A model generated the notes under the pieces. That model saw nothing but the letters and a program-made list of their open reading frames with translations. It was not told where the DNA came from and made no database searches. Shown here in pieces: positions 60,155 through 64,000 of a stretch of 64,000 nucleotides of DNA; positions within the stretch are counted from its first letter, which is position 1; each line of letters starts with the position of its first letter. The position numbers were made by a program, and so were the translations under genes. This DNA is from Mobula hypostoma (Eukaryota), in the NCBI RefSeq assembly GCF_963921235.1, contig NC_086101.1, forward strand, positions 110,050,001 to 110,114,000. Direction: 5' to 3'.

Positions 60155-60938
60155 GAAAAGCTTTGTCAGACCTGTGCAGGAACTCTCCTGTCACGTCTGC
60201 ACAGTACTCCAGTCAATCACTCCGCTCTGTGTTCTCTGGGGTGCTGCTCAGCAGCATATTCCCAGCACCACAGAGATGGGTACAGACCATTGCTCACCAC
60301 GTCCGTCTGCTCATCAGCACTCGGTGCACAGTATTGTGCCTGAGGCTTTTGCACAGTGCTGTAGTAATTTAATGAATTATACTCTACTGTGCCAAAAAAT
60401 AAAACACATTTCATGATATAAGTGAGTGGTGATACGTCTGATTCTACAATGGGTTTCTAATGTGGACCAAGAGTGGGAAGGGGGCAGGGAGAGGGGAATT
60501 ATTGTTAGGAAAAGGGGAAGGCAGGGGGGAAAGATCGGGAAGCAGCAGAGACACATTCCATAATGATCAATAAAACAATTGTCTGGAATCAGACTTGACC
60601 TTGCCTGGTGTCTCAGGGCTGGGTGTGTCTGCACCAGTGCTACCCCAGCACTCCTTCTCTGCCACCTATACTATGTCCCTCCTACAACGCTCCACTCTCA
60701 ATATTCCACACATCCTTCGCTGCCCATAGATTTACAAACTCCCACTCCGCTCCATGTTGACGAACACAGTACAATGCAAAAGGATTAGGCGCTCTAAATA
60801 CAGTACATGTATGAGCCTAAGACTTTTGCACAATAGTATTCAGCTGTCACCTGCTTGGATAAGCAGATGTCCTAACTACCAGTCGCACCAACTCTGCCGG
60901 TGGAATTCACAATCAAAAATCCATTTGCCTGTTTCCAG

Positions 60939-60991
60939 ATGCCAACACTCGGAGAGTGAAGAAGGAGACAGTCCAGGAGACCCAGCTCTGA
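60939..60991 (+). CDS. Gene B terminal exon (D)ANTRRVKKETVQETQL*
   Basis: GCCTGTTTCCAG| acceptor; phase 1; TGA at 60989-60991. Confidence 0.6.
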
Positions 60992-61201
60992 GAATGAATT
61001 CTCCCAGGCAGTGTCGGGACAGACGGGCTAATCTTGATCCAGACTCGGGTCAAATGCAGATCACTCGTCAATGCAAAGTGAGATCACGTCACAGTGACAG
61101 AGATGGAAGCAGAAGGGACAGAGGCCAATCATAGCTTCCCAGTGATCTTACCTCTTCCAAGGATATATGGTTTCTGTGCAACGTCTCATTGTTATCCATG
61201 T

Positions 61202-61207
61202 AATAAA
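61202..61207 (+). terminator. Putative polyadenylation signal AATAAA for gene B
   Basis: Same position relative to the stop codon as 16923. Confidence 0.5.
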
Positions 61208-64000
61208 AACATCAGAACTAGTTTCCTAATATGAGGGATATTTTCATAGCTTAGATGACCAATACTGATTAGTGATGTTGGCATTTATTTTAAAATGTTT
61301 CCTCTTTAGGTTTGTTGATGAATATATTAATAGTGCAATGCCATAAACACAGGGCATTGAAAGTTGCTGAAAATCCGGAAGAACACGCACAGAATGTTGG
61401 AGGAGCTCTGCAGGTCAAGATGCATCAATCGAAATGAATACACGGTTACAATTTCAGGCTGAAACCCTTCTTCTGCACTGAGAAGGAGGGGGATGTCGCC
61501 AGAATAAAAAGGTGGGGGATGGGAAAGAGGACTTGTTAGAAGGTGATAGTTGAGGACAGGAGGTGTTGGAAATTATACGGCTGGAGAACACGGAATCTGA
61601 AAAAGGAGAGGAGTGTGGACCATGAGGGATAGTGAAGAAGGGGTGCACCAGAGGGAGTTGATTGGTCTCGTTATGAGAAGGGGTAAGAGGCCAGAGTGAG
61701 GAATGGAGGGAAAATACTGGAAGGAGAAATCGATGTTCATGCCATTAGTTTGGAGTTCAGCTCGTACCACCTGGTCTCATGTAGAAGTGCAATTACCTTT
61801 CCTCAGTTCCTTCATCTATACCATCTGCACATTGTTCACCACACCTGTTCCCAGGATGAGGATTTTCTTTCCAGAACACCAGAGATGTCTTCATTCTCAA
61901 ATTGGGTTTGAGCTGATGTTGCCAGTACACACATCTCCTCGATTTCCCATATGACCGCACTTCCAGTAGTTTCAGCCTGGATAGAGTTCCACATGTCCTC
62001 ATTATCATCACATTCACCTCCATATCCAACACAAAGTTCTCCACAGCTTCCACGATCTTCACCGTGATCCCACCACCATAAACATCTTTATCTCCTCACC
62101 CTCACTCCACTTTTCGCAGGGCTCGCTCCTCCATGATTTTGTGTCTATTCCACCCTCCCTATTAATCTTGTTCCTGCCCTCCTGGCTCATACCCTGCAAG
62201 TGAAAGAAATGCTACATCTGCCAATTCAACTTCCTCTTTAACCTCAAGTCAGGGCTCCAAGTAGTTGAGGCCACACTTCACCTGCAAATCTGCTGGGCTC
62301 TTCTATTCGATGCAACTTCATCTACATCGTGGTGAGACCAGGGGATAAATTTGCAGACCATTTTCACCAGCAACTCCTCTCCATCTGTGTTTAACCATTC
62401 TAATTCCTATCCCCATTCCCTTTCCAACTGTCTCCACATTTGCTATGTCAGGCCACCCTCAGGATGGAGAAGCAACACATCATATTCCGTCTACGTAGCT
62501 TATAAGCTGATGGCATGGAAAGTGATTTCTCCATCTGGTAATTTTTTTCTCGCCCTTTTCCCTCTTTTATTCCCCACTGTGGCAGCCTACCCCTTCTACA
62601 CACCTGCCAATCAATTCCCCCCGTGCCTCTCCTCCTTCCCCTTCTCCCATGGTCCATTCTCATCTCATATCAGGTTATTACCTCTCCAGCCGTTTACCTT
62701 TTCCACCCACCTTGCTTCACCTTCCACCTTTCAGTTCAGCGTTCTCGCCTACCCCCACCTGTCTATCGTGCGATGTCATTCTGTACATCACAGGCCCATC
62801 ACTACGCACCATCAGTAAAGTCTACAGGAGGGGCCGCTTCAAGAAGGCAACATCCATCATTGAATATCCGCAGCACCCAGGGCATGCCAGCTGCTCACAG
62901 ACAGGAGGTACAGAAGCGTAAGGTCCCATATCACTGAGTTAAAGAAGACCTACTTCCATTCAACCATTAGGTTCCTGAACCAACCGCCACAACCCTCATC
63001 ACCAGAGCTCAGCGACATTTAGCCAACTGTGACTTTGCACTGAAATAGACTTCACTTTCTAACGAATTGTATACAATTTGTGTACAATAAATATTTTGCT
63101 TGTGCATGCTACTTTTCTGATGCTACGTGTGTGCGATGCGGCTGTGAACCAGTTTTTCCATTGTATTTGTGCACACATTAAGTTCTTTAACATTAATTCT
63201 TAACATTACATCCTTCTTTCTCTATTCTCAAAAGAATGCTAGCATTGCATTTGCCTTTCTCACCACAGATTAATGTGCAAATTAGCCTTTAGGAAATCCT
63301 GCACGAGGATTCCCAGGTCCCTTTGCTGCTCAGAACTTTGACTTTTTTGATCAGTTAAAAATAGTATCTGCTTTTATTTCATCTAAGAAAGTGCATGACC
63401 ACACACTTCCTGACACCATATTCTATCAGCCACTACTTTGCCCATTCTCCTAGTCTGTCTAAAATGACATAGCATCTCTGCTTCCTCAAATCTGCCTGTC
63501 CCTTTGGCTGTCTTTGTAACAAACTTAGGCACAAATTCATTATTTCTGTCATCCAAATGATTGACGTTTAATGTTAAAAGAAGTCGTCCCAACACAGACC
63601 CCTGTGGAATGCCACTAATCTCCAGGCGGCCAACTTAAAAGTCTCCTTTTATTCCCAATCTTTGCCTTCAGCCTATCAGCCAATGTTTTATCCAAGCTAG
63701 TATCTTTCCTGTAATATCATTGGTTTTTAAATTGCTAAGCAACCTCATGTATGGCACATTGAGAAAGGCTTTCTGAAAATCGAAGTACATAACATCCATT
63801 GATTCTCTTTTGTTTATTCTGCTTGTTGTTTTCTCAAAGAATTCAAATAGGGAACACTTACCCTGAAGTAAAATCATGCTAACTTTGTCCTATTACATCA
63901 TGTGGCGTCACATTCTCTAAAACCATAACTTTAATAATTGACTCCAACATCTTCACAATCACTGCAAACAGAGTAACTTGCCAATAATTTTCTTTCTTTT

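Larger units (their letters stand above)
56747..64000 (+). repeat. Segmental duplication unit C (truncated by the window edge)
   Basis: The window end aligns with about 46273 in unit B and about 23880 in unit A. Confidence 0.88.

Overview
Eukaryotic DNA, most likely a cartilaginous fish such as a ray (inferred from the CR1, Penelope, Tc1 and SINE content). The window holds an immune-receptor cluster on the + strand, embedded in mostly antisense retroelement debris. Gene 1 is a single-V-domain CD28/PD-1/TMIGD2-like receptor with an uncharged transmembrane (TM) segment: leader 5318-5387, V 8987-9361, TM 9983-10084, tail unresolved. After it comes a tandem segmental duplication with a 21-24 kb period (units start at about 11936, 36093 and 56747, and the array runs off the window end). 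It carries two complete copies of a two-V-domain receptor with PILR- and NKp30(NCR3)-like features, an Arg in the TM helix and a short predicted tail ending ETQL: gene A 29229-40363 and gene B 50008-60991, each 320 aa as modelled. The copies differ mainly at predicted ligand-binding positions, including Gly versus Arg at the position equivalent to the PILR/Siglec sialic-acid-binding Arg. Gene B also has a duplicated, in-frame F-G-strand mini-exon. A third copy of the tail exon lies downstream of gene 1, which suggests exon shuffling. All exon models were derived by hand from splice signals and reading phase, without transcript data. Repeat boundaries are approximate unless a target-site duplication (TSD) is given.
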